A stretch of 63,789 nt of DNA, filler included, from Bigelowiella natans CCMP2755 (GCA_000320545.1; 7 parts of 7 records of this genome joined end to end with filler, not necessarily neighbours in it); one strand, 5' to 3'; positions 26,675-41,329 are shown, counted from the whole stretch's first letter. Numbers and translations: made by a program. Notes: generated by a model not told the origin, from the letters alone.

Positions 26675-27954
26675 CGTTTAAATATATCGTCATATTTATG
26701 ACTTTTGGACGCTACTGCAATGCCACCACAAAACATTACGAAAACACTTAATCGCTTAATGATAAGGGGGAAACCAAATGAAGGACGACTTTATTTTAGC
26801 GGCATCGGTTGTCACGCTTGCAGGGGGGCTCCCGGCCATTGATAGCAGATAAAGCTGATCGTTGGCCTTCAGTTGCGCGCGCTTTTGCGCTGAAGAGGCA
26901 AATTCCGTTCTCAGACTCGATATCGAGCCGGGGATATCGGTGAGATCTCCACCCTTCAGCGTGTTGGACAAATGCGTGCAAGCATCGTATACCTAGAAGG
27001 CAGGGGAGGGGATTCCTTACGGGTTAGAGCATGAATTTTAGACAGACGCGCACACATGCGCATATACACATGCACACGCCCTGGGGCACTAGTGGGAAAG
27101 CAAAGGCATCCTTCCCACGCATAATAACGAAATAACCCACTGACTCCCGCATTTGTTCCGATCATTGCCAGGACAGAATCTCACGCTCACAACGCCTACC
27201 ACGCACACAACAACTCTCCGCTGCTCGCCGCCGACCCTCTCATCGCCTCCGGTGAATTCGCTGTGGTCGGAAGCGTACACCACCAGCCGCTGGCCCGTCG
27301 TGATGAGCTCTGCATAGGTGGTTGCATTCAATCGACTGCGAGAAGGGTCAAAGATGTACCCCCCAAACAGCTCGCGGAAGGTAGACCAGAACTGCTGCTT
27401 CACCGCCGCGCTGACCCCGGGATACTGATCGTTACCGGATTTGCAGGAGCTGCCGTGCCGCGAGAGCCAGATTACGACGACTTCGCTCCCGTGGGCATCG
27501 AGGAAGGCCTTCAACGCTCGGAGGTAGAGCATGCTTTTCTGATTCGACTCGACGAGATGAAGGCAGTACCAATCGTGCTGGGCGAGCGACCCACTCTCCG
27601 GCCCCGCAGTGTACATGATTCGGAAGTCCAGAAAGCGCACACCGTTCTCTAGCTGCTCGGTGATGTTCAGTCTCTGCGTGACGGCTTGACTGCGAATAAA
27701 TTGTCCGACCTCAGCGATGCCGAGGATGGGGGCGATTTCGTGGAGGATCCACGAAACGCTGGGCGGAAGATCGTTCGCGCCGTCGCTAATTCGCCTAAAA
27801 AAATATAGATGAGACCAAACTTGGAAAGACACGAATGCGTGCGAACGATCGTGTTAGCTATGGCTATATAAGCTCACACGAGTGTGCATGAAATTACAGA
27901 AAGTAGTTCTCGTTAACTCTGATGTCTATGATGATGGGTAAGTGGTGATAAAGA

Positions 27955-28007
<53 letters not shown>

Positions 28008-28066
28008 TGTGAGTGTATATGTTTGTATTTGCAGTTATAAATACAATATATACTAACATATGTACA

Positions 28067-28097
<31 letters not shown>

Positions 28098-28440
28098 GTC
28101 AGCCCTCCAGAGGTCATGTTTCAGGCATTGAACGAGGACATCCTCCTTTGTGTAAAAAACCTGCTAAGATCGTATGTCATTGTGTCGTGAGTTCCAGGCA
28201 GAGCTAAATCCAGAATCGAGAGGTTCTTTATGGCCGGAGCAAGCCCCCCCATCCAGTTTTGGAGAGACAGCTCTTACAGAGAGAAGCAACACAGTATTTT
28301 AAAAAATTAGCCATTTGTATCGGGTTGAACCGCAAGATTTTAGAAAGGCAAACGCATCTTCGCCGTCATGTGAATGGTGAAAAGGCCATACCCTGCGCCG
28401 AAGCGAGCCAGAGGCAGAGGGTGAGGAGAACGTGAGCCAT
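25593..28440 (-). CDS. Secreted PI-PLC X-domain (PLC-like phosphodiesterase) protein, multi-exon
   Basis: Signal-peptide exon MAHVLLTLCLWLASAQ, then NWMGGLAPAIKNLSILDLALPGTHDTMTY, AVTQRLNITEQLENGVRFLDFRI, EVVVIWLSRHG; last exon ends ...GRLLGWPHQ*. Confidence 0.88.
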
Positions 28441-28802
28441 CCCCATTTATCTCTCGGAAGCTGTGCTGCTGTTATCGAAAACTTGGACAATAAATCAACC
28501 GTAAAACATCTAAAAAAGCGCTTTCCATTTCTTTCTCATGGGCGATGATTTTGTTGGCCACGGCAGTTACTGCGTTACTGTGTGAGTGCATGCTCAATTC
28601 TGTCTAATTATGCGGAATTTGACCTAAATTCTGTCTAAATTCGCCCGTATTTGAGAGCATTAAGAAAGCCAGCATAATTATTAGTTGCGACAACGATTCT
28701 GGCATTTCTCGCTTGTCGTAAGGTAAAATTTGAAGGGATTTTTGGCGACGTCGTCTCGGGTAAATAACACCAGGTTCCTGCCTCGAAGATTCGCCCCCCC
28801 CC

Positions 28803-28980
28803 ATGCCAGTTGTCACTCTCATCGCAGTCGTACTGGTGTTGGCGTTGAGCTGGTTCATCGGGAAGTTTTTCCGTAATGGAAGAGGTGGCGAGCAGAGAGC
28901 AAGGCCTCCTCTCGGCACGGCGACTCAAGAAACTGTCATCACAGTGATGAGGGGACTTCTTTGGGTAAGTATTCACTTCA

Positions 28981-29025
<45 letters not shown>

Positions 29026-29907
29026 ACGCGATTGGAGCGATTCGACGATGATTCTCCAGACGTGGCTCGTAATTTGATTAATGCGAATACGCACCAACTC
29101 CGTGCCGCATCATCTACATCGAACACAGCTTCTGACACCTGTGGAGATACCTTTGCTTGCCGCTTGGAATGCGGCCCCCCTCCAATGGAAGTACAGCGCT
29201 GCTAGAATGGGGTTTTCTCTGTTAGTGAATCTGAACCGGTATGGCCACTTGTGTAGGCATGATTGTTGCCCTTGTTTAGATCTGCAATGCCGGTTTGTTT
29301 CTGTACTTAGCATTCTTGGCTTGAAGCTAGGCAACCACCCGTCTCTTTCCATCGAGGTTGTAATATATACATGCAGTTCATCGATGCGCTCGCGTGTATT
29401 TGTAGTCAGTTACTCATAGAAGGACGCCTCTGTGCGACGCGTCCTTCGCTTCCCTCCCCTCTTCCAACTTCGATCTGATCACAGGCTCATGCCATATCTT
29501 CAATGATGAGATTTGCGAAGTACCTCCCGATGAATCTACGACGTGCAAGGTAACCGAGCGGGATGGGGGGGGAAGGGGAAAGGGAAATGTGTGGGTAAAT
29601 TGAAAAGTTCCACGTCTCCAAATTACTGGCTTGACGCACGCAAATGAACATACTAGCCACCCTCCCCAACCTAACCTAAGTATAAACGAAATACAGACTC
29701 GCGCTAAATGGGATCGAAACAGGATATCCACCCGTCCCTGGCGTGCCTGTAGTATACATCAAAGACATCAAGAGTTATTATATTCATTCTGCTGTGGATA
29801 AGGAGGCAAAAGGTAGAAAATTTTGAATCAGAGTGGCGATCGGCAGCAGAAGGGGAAAATGGGGCAAATGTGGAGAATTTTTGTGATTTATGAATAGATC
29901 AGCCAGC

Positions 29908-29954
<47 letters not shown>

Positions 29955-30464
29955 TTCCGTGTGTGTGTGTGTTTGGGAGGCAATTCTAACATTGGGATGA
30001 AATTATTTATGCTGTAATGACCTACCCACTTCTTTTCATTCGAGCCCTTTACCATCATCATCATTATCATCTTCTCCTTCATCTTCTTCTTCTTCTTCTT
30101 CTTCTTCTTCTTCTTCTTCTTCTTCCCAAATTCCCTCTCCCCGCCCTCCTCTCCTTCGGACTTCCGCACAGCAGAGACGAAGGGGGAGGCCAGTAGCATC
30201 GATGCCGGTGGAGATACGACGCCGGTGCTCCTCTACTTCTTCGGTGATGTCTTCACCCAGAACCTGAAGTGATAGTTCCCCTCACGGCTTTGCGCTAACT
30301 AATGAGAGTGTGTATCTGCCGTGTTAATTCGCAGGAGGCGCATTTGTTGGAGGCTCGGCCAAAGGCAACATAGGAGCTGCAGCACGCATTGGTGAGGAGG
30401 GGTGGTAGTAGAGAGCGTTTGCGCTGATATGGAGATGCGAATCATTGCTATGGCGTTTTGCGAA

Positions 30465-30504
<40 letters not shown>

Positions 30505-30564
30505 TCTTTGTATTGTGCGTGCGCCCGATAATCGGCACTCCGTTCGGAGATCAATCAGATACAT

Positions 30565-30603
<39 letters not shown>

Positions 30604-30704
30604 GACATATTGCAGGAAGAACTATCGGGTGCGATGTCTTAGCGGTGGAAACCACAACGTGAGTTCCAAGCGTGCGCGTGTACACACACACAGAGAGAGA
30701 GAGA

Positions 30705-30739
<35 letters not shown>

Positions 30740-31095
30740 TTATACACGTTCAATGTTACCGTAACGTCTTCGATGACTGCCCTATTGAAGGTTCCCCGAA
30801 GGAACGATAACAGAGGCCTTTGCCGATGCGATGAAGGCATACGAGTGGGTGTTAGAGCAGCGCCCTCCCGAGAAGGTATTATTGTCGCCATCAGAGTCTA
30901 TTTACAGCAATATTAGCACTCTTGGTAATACACATAGGTGAGCGGGATTTAAGATTGGTTATATGTGTGATATTATAACAGATAGCTGTCCTTGGGATCT
31001 CTTCCGGAGGCGGAATAGCGGTTGGTTGCGTATACAGCTTCGTTCGCACTGCTGCTCCTATCACTATTAAGACTATAATACAGATATAAAATATA

Positions 31096-31134
<39 letters not shown>

Positions 31135-31392
31135 TAATTAAAAAACGAAATCGTTCGACCAAACTACTAGACCTACACGTTGCAAAGGGCTCTCGAGAAG
31201 AAGATGCCGATGCCAGCAGGTATACGTGAAAATGCTGCATTTGTGTGCGTGTGTGTTTATACGTAAAACCAAGAGCATCATCTTGTAAAATGCTACCATC
31301 TTAACCACATCGTCGTGCTCATCTCAGATGTCATCACTATTATCACCGTCATCACAATCGCAATCACCGTCATCGTCATCGTCATCTTCATT

Positions 31393-31424
<32 letters not shown>

Positions 31425-31560
31425 ATGGAATCATCGCCATGGTTCCACGTTGTTAGGGCTGATACTGCTGAGCCCTTGGCTGGTATATTCTCTTGACGAC
31501 TTCGAGGACTTCAAGTCGATCTGCAACAACACCATGATTGACTTTGTGGTGAACCCAAGG
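28803..31560 (+). CDS. Alpha/beta hydrolase (HSL-like esterase/lipase) with N-terminal anchor; 3' end lost in gap
   Basis: Spliced PVLLYFF-GGAFVGGS, VPEGTITEAFADAMKAYEWVL, IAVLGISSGGGIA (GxSxG elbow), GLILLSPWL. Confidence 0.82.
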
Positions 31561-31751
31561 TAGTAAAAAAGGAGGGGGGGAGGGGGGGAGGAAGAGGACG
31601 TTGGGTAGTTAATTCATATTCTTATTAATACTATCAATTGTTGCGTCCTACCACCCGCACTCTGGAAATGAGGTCGCAGTTAATGTAAACAACATGAAAA
31701 TATCCTTCCACTCTTCAGTTGGCACCCCTCCCACTCTTTCTCCCACTCACA

Positions 31752-31796
<45 letters not shown>

Positions 31797-31867
31797 GTCG
31801 TCCAAAGCACTGCATTTTGATGTTGAAGCATACCCCCCACCCCCGCAGCTCCCAACTCAGGTATTCA

Positions 31868-31967
31868 NNNNNNNNNNNNNNNNNNNNNNNNNNNNNNNNN
31901 NNNNNNNNNNNTTAATTAATTAANNNNNNNNNNNNNNNNNNNNNNNNNNNNNNNNNNNNNNNNNNNN
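31868..31967. other. Assembly linker
   Basis: N44-TTAATTAATTAA-N44. Confidence 0.97.
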
Positions 31968-32049
31968 GCGCGAGCGCGTGTGCTTTCGCGTGCGTGTGCA
32001 CCCCCCCCCACCTCCCCACACCACAAATAAACAACACACACACCCCCGC

Positions 32050-32120
<71 letters not shown>

Positions 32121-32149
32121 ATAAAATATGTGTATGTGTGTGTTATCAG

Positions 32150-32625
32150 AGCTACGAGCCCAGGATATGGGAATTCATGACCAAGGTGGGGAGGAATGAA
32201 CACGCAGAAGAAACAACCAGCACCCAAAATAACCGAGGAGAGGACACAAGAGCACTCACGATTTCATCACAATCCACGAGATTGCATTTTCCATACACAC
32301 ACGCACGCACACACGCACACACACATAGACAGGTTCGCATCATCTCCGTTCGCAAACCCTTATGATTCTCTGCTATGCATTCTTCCGTGCACCTCTCTTC
32401 AGGTGCTAGGAGTCGAGTCTGTGATGGACATTGGCTGCGGGCGAGGTATCCTCGCTGTTTTTGTTGTTGTTGTTGTTGTTGTTGCTTTTGCGCGAGCGTG
32501 GGAGGTGTCTTTGCGTATATTACATGCAGGTTGAACTTCCTCACGTGACTGTATCTTGTGGTGTTACTACTGCATATCTTCTCCCCCCCCTCTCCCGCCC
32601 CATTTAATATAAACTCTATATAATG

Positions 32626-32665
<40 letters not shown>

Positions 32666-33083
32666 GTGCGTTGATAATATATGTATATATGAGAATATAT
32701 TAATGTGTGTGTGTCTTGGGGGGGGGCTCTCTCTACCTCAGGAATCTCTACAAAATGGTTCTACGATCATGGATGTAATACCAACAACGCGCTTTATTGA
32801 GGGAAATAAAAAAAAAAAAGAAGGGGGGGGAGGGGGGGGAAGAAACAGCAGAAATTGTTCTTTTCAACAATATATATATATATATATATATATTGTATAT
32901 ATTTAATGTGTGTGCGTGTGTGCGACATCTCGCTTCTCATTGAAAACAAATCGATTTGAGGGATACGCTGGAAGATAGTCACAAAGATAACGTCCGTGAT
33001 GCCGCCATACGATAGGCCGCGTACACTGCGCAGAGGGAACAACTGAGGGTGTGGAGACGACTGTCCTCCCCTCTCGGTGAGCA

Positions 33084-33155
<72 letters not shown>

Positions 33156-33225
33156 ACTTGAAGACAACTTGTGATACTAACAATATTGTTCCGGATGATT
33201 TCCAATAGTATATATATTGTCATAT

Positions 33226-33262
<37 letters not shown>

Positions 33263-33590
33263 TCATTTATATTTATATTATATACATATTATTGCAGAGA
33301 TCTGATAACGCAACACGACTTCACGCAAGGCCCTTGGTGGCCAAAACAGGTAGCCTTCTCAGTGCACACAAGACAAAACGAGATTAATTCTTAACAAAGT
33401 AGTGATAGACATGTATACTACTACGAACGCTGTTTTCTCTGCCTTGACGATTTCCTTAGACCTTTTGCTTTTCAAGCACATCATCTTTTTCCAGCCGTCT
33501 CCCTCCTCCTCCTCCTCCTCCTCACTATCACTATCATTATCATCACCATATCAACTACCGGGGTCGTTGCGGCATATCGTGAAAGTCATT

Positions 33591-33642
<52 letters not shown>

Positions 33643-34098
33643 GTCTGTCTGTCTCTGTCTCTCTGTCCCTGTCTGTGTATGTGTGCACCCGCAAACATTA
33701 GAAATTCGATGCTGTGTGGGCGGTGGAGTTCCTGGAGCACGTCAGCGAAGAGTACATGGACAACTGGTAAACAGCGACGAAAAGCAACAACAACACATAC
33801 ACTTATCCAGAGCGCAGCACACAGTCAAACACCCAATCGGAAATGCCCTTCCCCCCCCCCCGTCCCCGCTCTCCATTGCGTAGGTTTGCGACGATGCGCT
33901 CAGCTCATTATGTATTCACCTCGCATTCAAGATGGGGTGAGGAAGGAGAGATTGTCGGCGTGTAGTATGAGCGAGAAAACATGCCTTACTGCGCCTCTCT
34001 GCTTCTCAATCCTCCCTCCCTGCGCGCGTGTACATAGATGATTACGCTCGTTGTCCATCCTCATCGTCAAACGAATATGCAAAAAAATGATTTAAAAA

Positions 34099-34140
<42 letters not shown>

Positions 34141-34594
34141 TCACGAACAAATGAGGAAATGGCGGGAGAGGGGGAGGAGGGTGACGTGACGTCTCGGAGG
34201 CTGCGTGTGGCGTGTGCGGTGGCCGTTTTCGATGAAGTGCGCGTGTATTGAGATCCCCGTGCCTACTCAATCGAGATGTGTGCGCGTGTGTGTGTTCTGA
34301 AGCAACCAATGCTCATTTGCCCCCCCTCCTCGGTCGTGTCATCAGGAGGCCACCATCACGTCGCTATCCACCACGACTGGTGGTGGATTGAAAAGTAAAA
34401 ATTATGTATTTTTCGTAAAGAAAGGGGGGGGGGAGGGTTAGTGGGGGGGGGGTAAATATCGGATATTCTATGCTAAAGCGCTGCGATTTGACAATACATG
34501 CGACGTCACGGCCATGCAGGCCCCGCTGCTGACTTTCCTTCTTCACTTCTCTCTCCCCCTCCCCCCTGTCGATTACTAATGTGTGTTTCTTCAT

Positions 34595-34638
<44 letters not shown>

Positions 34639-34750
34639 GACGCCCAGGTTTGAGTCTCGAGGATTTGCGTATCTTCCAGAAATGAGTGATATTGTGAGGA
34701 GAATGTCCATGGGAGCTAGCAATTACATGGTAGTAGTAGGAATGGTGGTA

Positions 34751-34821
<71 letters not shown>

Positions 34822-34931
34822 CATATGAGTGTGTGTGTGTGTGCGTCGCACTTAGAAAAACTCCGCGCTTGTATTCCGAAACACGCGCAACCTGCGACTA
34901 CGCCCCATGTTCGGCCCTGGCCATGGAGGAC
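32150..34931 (+). CDS. Class I SAM-dependent methyltransferase, internal exons
   Basis: Short exons: VESVMDIGCGRG (motif I), ISTKWFYDHG, ITQHDFTQGPWWP, KFDAVWAVEFLEHV, GGHHHVAIHHDWWWIEK, FESRGF. Confidence 0.8.
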
Positions 34932-34978
34932 AGGTTCTCGAGGAAGCTAGAGGGAGAGGAGGGGGGGGGGGGCAAGAA

Positions 34979-35018
<40 letters not shown>

Positions 35019-35318
35019 CGAGAGAGAATTGACGACTAAATTTATGAACCCGAAAACATAAAAGGCCCGAGAGCATGATTTCTCTTTCTTTGCTGCAACC
35101 CCCTCCCCCCCTTCCCATCCATCTCCTACCAGGGTTGCGAGGAAACCAGGAGGCTACTGTGGGGAACCCAGCTGCTAAAGCAGGTTTGCCCCCCCCCTTC
35201 CTGGAAATGTACTGTGTGAAAGGGGGGGGGGGGGGGGGGGGGGGGAAATCAAACTCCTGACACGCGGTTTTCACGATTCGGCAGTCTTGGAATTTCCATC
35301 GCCAAAATATGATGCTCT

Positions 35319-35418
35319 NNNNNNNNNNNNNNNNNNNNNNNNNNNNNNNNNNNNNNNNNNNNTTAATTAATTAANNNNNNNNNNNNNNNNNNNNNNNNNN
35401 NNNNNNNNNNNNNNNNNN
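35319..35418. other. Assembly linker
   Basis: N44-TTAATTAATTAA-N44. Confidence 0.97.
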
Positions 35419-36475
35419 ACATCATGCTAGCATGTGCTAGCTAGCGTGGCAAGTGACGCATGCTCTAGATGCTAGCATGCGCGCCGCACGGTTGCACTAA
35501 ATGCATCGCCATAGCTAGCTAGATAGCGTATATACGTAGCTGCTAAGGCCTAGAAGGCGGACGCAGAGCGTCTGCATGACTAGCTAACTAGATGAGTGAA
35601 ATCTTGCTAGCTTGGCTGTTGGGCCATGCATTTTGTTCAACACGTACAGCGCTACTAGCTAGCTAGCCCGTCTGGCCGTGCAGCGCATCCTGTCTAGCTG
35701 TCGCTCATTGATTTCATTTCATCCATTCTGGCATCATCAGAGAGACACCACAACAGAACCGATGAATCAACACAGTTCTAGAATTCAAACGCCATGGCGC
35801 TTGTCTTGCTATCTATAGTGGTGCCAGCTAGCCAGTCTCAGTGTAGCAAGCTAGCAAGCTAGCTAGCGCTGCTTTGCATGCAGCACATGTAGCTACATTA
35901 GCTGCTAGTTGTCAGGATGACCAATGTCAAAACCATTTTATTCATGAAATCTGTGCCTAGCTAGCTAGCCGGCCCATGCATTCCATTCGACACCATCTAG
36001 CCATGTATGAATTCACTGCATGCATGCGCTATATTATCTATCTAGATATCTCTAGATCTGCTGCTAGTTGACATGCATCACAATACTCATATCACATGCA
36101 CCTGGTATTTGTTTATACGTTCTAGACACACACACGTACCGCCAACCAAGCAAAGCATGCTATCAACTCCATGCACATCCATTTACTTCATCGATTTCCG
36201 ACTACGCCATGCTACTTGTAGTTGTCACAAGACAAAACGTTTACAATGGTGGTGTGCAGCGCGCACACTCACCGTGAAAGTCCCTATGTACATCATGAAG
36301 GACTTTCTTGTTCGCCGCAGGATGACATGTCAGTCGACTACACTGCACAATAAGCTAAGCGATGAATGCATACGAACGTCGTTGTCATCATCGAGGGTGA
36401 GCTTTTTTCCCACTTCAGAGAAGCATCTCGAAGACAGACAAAGAAAACAAAAAGCTGCTGGCAAGAACCTATATT

Positions 36476-39327
36476 CTATCGCTCGCTCATCATCGAAAGA
36501 TCACCAGACCCATTATTTGTCATTGGTGCCGACTCGTAGCTAGACAGGAATTTGCTCAGGCGCTCTTCTCTCAGCGTCAGTTGGCTGCGCTCGGATTGCA
36601 GACGCTTCTCTTTGACGGTCAGCTGGTCGGACCATGCTTGCAACCGCACCATTCCCTGCGGGATAACCATGGGTGTACGATGAAAGATAAGAAATAAAAG
36701 TCACAAAATAATAAATATCAAATAAATCATAGATAGAAAAAAAAGTCGACGTGCCACAGGAGCGGGCTTCCACACCTGTTTCAGACTTTCTTGCTCGTTT
36801 TTAAATTTCTCCTCCCGTTGTCCGATCTCCTCCTCCCTTTTCTCGTGATCGGCTTCGAGGTTTTGCTCCGCTTGCACCATCTGCAGCAAACATTCGAAAG
36901 TTTAGGGAACACAGGCTTCGTGAAGCGAACATGCGTCGAGCTAAAAAACAGAGACGGTCTCACCTCCTCCTCCCTTTTATCCAGAGCACTCTCCCTCAAC
37001 CGCAGTTCGTCTATGCTGGCATTCACCTGCTCCTGGAGTGCAAGCAACGATATTCGTATTATATGATGATGGGGAGGATATTTTATCACTTGCGACGAAG
37101 AAATAATGGAAGAAGTCATGAAAGCTTCTTCAATCTGTACCTGCAGTTTTTCCGTCTCTTGACGGTCGACTCTGGCAGCCTTTTTGGCTTCACTAGCCTC
37201 CTCGAACATAGCTTTTGCCTCCGCCTACAACAAGTTAGAAGTCCCAAACTTCATTTTTTGCGATATGCATACATATGCGTTCAATAAATGGTTTTTGTGC
37301 GTCATTCTTTGGGTACCCTCTGCTTCGCAGCTTCTTTGATATTTTTCGCATTAGCGGCCTTTTCAGCTGTAACTTCTTCTCGCATTCTCTTCAATCCTTC
37401 GATAATTTCATCATGCGAAACCTTCTCCTTCGCCATTTCGGTCTAAAAGAAAGTATAAAGTATTAAGGTAAATCTCCCTCAGCAACCTAGCAATCAGGTA
37501 CATTTGGACATCTTACCTCCTGTATAAGAAGCCCTTCCTCTCTGTCTTTTAAATCTTTTGATTTAGCATTGAGCAACTTTCTAAGCTCCTCATTTTCCCT
37601 GAGCGATAATACACAACAGAAAATTATAGATATCATTTTAGAGTTTGGGAGGCACAAGTGGCGTTTACGTTCAACTTTTTACCTTGAGAATTCTTGAAGT
37701 TTTCTCCGCTGACAAGTACAGAAGAATTCAATGAGTGATTTCTTCCTCCTACGATAAAAATGTAAGTACCTGTTCTTTGATCTCACTCTGAAAGCTTTCC
37801 TTCTTTTGAGCAAGCATATTCTCTCTCTCGGTTATGCTTTGGAGCAACACCTCTTGCTTTTCCTACAAGTGAAAGAAAATTGCTCAAACATCAATCCAAA
37901 AGGGCGAGGTTTGTAGTTTCGAGGCTCTCCTTATATCACGAGTCAAATGAGAATCAAAACCTGGAATTCGTCCTGGAGCTTCTGGCGCTGTTCTTGCGCT
38001 TGGGCATGCAACACAGCTTCTTTGCTATGCATATTTTCCTATCATATATCGGGTATCAGTTTTCAAACATATGAAAGGTCATATGATGTTTACCTCAATT
38101 TGACGCTTTCTTTTGCTGATTTTGTTTTCTTCTTCATTTTTCTTGTTCTCAAAAGAATTCCTTTTCTCTCTCAGTAGATTTTCTCCCTCCTCGAGAAGAT
38201 CCTAGGTAAATCGAATATAATAACGATGGAGAAGAGATGTAGAACAGTTCCAGCGTACCTCTCGTTTCTTCAATTCTTTTTCTTTGCTCTGTAGCCTCTT
38301 CTGTGCCTCTTTCATTATGTTTTTTAAAGCTCCATCAAGCGACTTTTCCTTCTTCTTTATTTCCGCCTGAGAAAACGGAATCGTTAAACCTAAACTCATA
38401 AGCCTGTCTTTATTTTGAGGAATATTGCACACTACCCTTTCCTTTTCTAACGCTTCCGCCTTGCGCTTATACTGATGTTCTAGCAACGAATTCTTTTGCC
38501 TTTGCTTCTCCCGCACCTGTTTTTCGATATTCTCAATCTGCGCCTGTAAAAAAGATAGGATCTTCGTTAAGATCTTAAGCTAATACAAAAAAAAAACTTA
38601 TGCTATAAGTCAAGGATAATTGTTACTTCTCTTCTTGCAATAGCATTCTCTCGATGTTTGAGATCTTTTGCAGCCTGTATCTTAAGCTGGGTTAGGGACG
38701 CGGAAGATTTCTTCCCCTTTTCTATCGATTGCGTGTTCTTGATCATTTTCTCCCTTTTTGCGAGAGATTCTTTCCGTATCCGGGATTCTTCTTCGAATTT
38801 CACCCGTTTTTTTTCAAACTCTGCCTCGACCTTTTGCTGTTTTTCCTTCCACTGATAAGCAAGTAGATAGATTGATATTCAGGTTGTTAGATAGTACACA
38901 TGTTGTTTTTAAAACCTGAAGGTGTATTTCCCGAGCTTGTTTGATTCGAACTCGAAGAGCTTGGCGTTCTGAGCGAAGTTTCTCGTCCCATTTCTTCACA
39001 TCGTTGAGCTGCCGGAGATACTCCTCATTTTTCTGCATGGAATATTTAGGGTCACAATTTGTGCTTGAAATGGGATTTAGTATTTCGTGGCAAACCTCAA
39101 CTAGCTGCTTTCTCTTAATTTCCTTCCTTGCTTCCCATTGTTTCACTTTCTTCTTAATTGTCTCGCGATATTCGAGTAACCGTGCCTCATACACTTGCAA
39201 CCTTTTTTCCTTCAGCTCTAGAGCTTCCTTTTCAGCTTCAACCTGATGCAATTAGATACCACACACAAACACACACACGCAGGCTCACTTACCCTCATTT
39301 TAGCTAAACTTCTCAGAGACAGAGGAG

Positions 39328-39387
<60 letters not shown>

Positions 39388-40365
39388 AAGAAGAAAAGAA
39401 CGAAATAAATGGATATACAATAATTACGAGAATATAATTTCTGTAGAGAAGAGTCATTTAATACATAAATCGTGAACCCACCCCTATTCCAACTCCAGAA
39501 AAACTCTTGGTCTTGGAAATAATCGAAGAAACTGTGGAACTGGTTGCTCCTAAATTTTCATCCCTTGTTCTTGGAGTTGAACGAGATCGCCCTTTGTTAC
39601 TGATTTCGCTTAATATTCCTCTTCGAGGGGGCACGCTAATGGAACCCTGATGTTAACACATGCCACTCAAATTCATTGGAACTGTGCCGATATCCAGATT
39701 CCCTTTTCAGCGGCATGCCGTATGAATCAACATCTTTAAGAACTAATTGATTTTATTATAATAACCTTTTCATGTCTACTTTGCTGCTCTTGCATATCGT
39801 CTCAAGAATCCCTCGTCAATTGTCTTCTCCGAGCGCCCCTCCCCTTCGAGGATTCTTGCCAGGAGAGGAAATGCAGAAAACCAAACTTACTCGATTCTAA
39901 GAAAACATGGTTCCGAACATTATCAGTTTCGGAATCTTCTTTACGTACATAAATAGTGATGGTTGTAATAATTTATAGCACAAGGAAGGGGAGGGGAGCT
40001 GGCATCAATACGACGACCTCGCTTTAGATAATGAAATTATTTTTCGATAAAAAATAGAAACACCGGAGAATTGTATGACTTCGCTTTAAAAGAGTTAGTC
40101 GCAATTTAAAGATGCAGGATAAACAGGATATTTGATGTCATAAGTGTACTGAATTTCTCTCTGAAATCATCCCAACGGACAGAAACAGTGCAGTTGATTT
40201 AGAGATGATCAAGAGAGTCTTCCATTTCGACTGTCTGTCAGTAACGGTAAACAAAACCGGTTTTCATTTGCCCGTTTTTTACGCCTGCAATGGAGCTCTG
40301 AGACGTACTGGAGCAGCACAAAAAGCACGAACACACCCCTGCTCTCATTCGTGTTGAATGCTGGC
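36476..40365 (-). CDS. Long coiled-coil protein of unknown function, many short introns (start uncertain)
   Basis: Series of E/K/R/Q-rich exons (e.g. EAEKEALELKEKRLQVYEARLLEY, ELRLRESALDKREEE) separated by short GT-AG introns. Confidence 0.7.
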
Positions 40366-41062
40366 CATTTTAGCCTTTTTTTTGGTACAACTACCTTGTA
40401 GGAAAACTTGGATAAAATCTATAAAATCAGACTTATGTATTTTGAAGCAATCTTTAGATGACGCACATATTATCTCATAATTGTTAATATACCATGTCGG
40501 TGTTGACAAAATATATTTCTTTCTTAATATAATACTATATAGACTCTTATAGTGTATTATCATTATAGAAAATGTTTGTATAGCTTTTAATATTATTAAT
40601 ACGACATAAACAGTTTGAATAATATATCAATATTAAATTGCATTTGCTTTTTTACTATACATGAATATAAGCTGATTGTTGAAAAATATTATTCAGACTT
40701 TATGTAGAGGTAAGTATATCGTAAGTCGTGTTGTATATGCTAAATATTACTATAACGACAAGCATACTAATGATGTTAATCTTCTAATTAAAGGCAATAA
40801 AGATTCTTGCTATTATGATAATGGAAAATATAATCTTACCGCCTTTGCTAAACCATATCAGCTCGGTTATCTTCCCCTCCCCCGGTGCCAGCAGGTCTGT
40901 GACCCTCCCTTGCCCAACCGTGCTCCGCGGAGTGATTCAGCTTTGAACTCCTACGATAACATGCATAAATGCCTATTTGTTCCGGCTTCTTTCCCCTTTG
41001 CAATAACAACACATCGTGAGAAATTATGCGTTCAATCATGCCAGCATCCTCCGACGCCTCGT

Positions 41063-41188
41063 ATGGGGAAGGACAGGGGCAAGAAGCGGCGGCAGGTCGC
41101 CGATGAGATCCTACAAACGGAAACCACATACGTGAGGCAGCTGGACACGCTGCTCCAGCTCTACTTTATGCCTCTAAGCCAGTCTCTG
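41063..41188 (+). CDS. RhoGEF (DH domain) protein, first exon
   Basis: KRRQVADEILQTETTYVRQLDTLLQLYFMPL matches the DH CR1 helix; GTGAG donor at 41189. Confidence 0.8.
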
Positions 41189-41329
41189 GTGAGATCTAAA
41201 TTAATAGCTGCATGTGAGCGAGGGCTTGTATGTGTAGAGGGGGCCTTGGTAAACCGAAAACCTGAGCGATAGTGAAAAACGGGGAGTTAGCGGCTGAAGG
41301 ACCCTTTCACCGAGCCATTTAGGGAAGGG

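Noticed and set aside
41189-41329. Possible 5' LTR / Gypsy insertion into the RhoGEF intron
   Set aside because: No similarity to the putative 3' LTR; it looks like low-quality contig-end sequence of the next DH exon, and adjacency across the linker is unproven.
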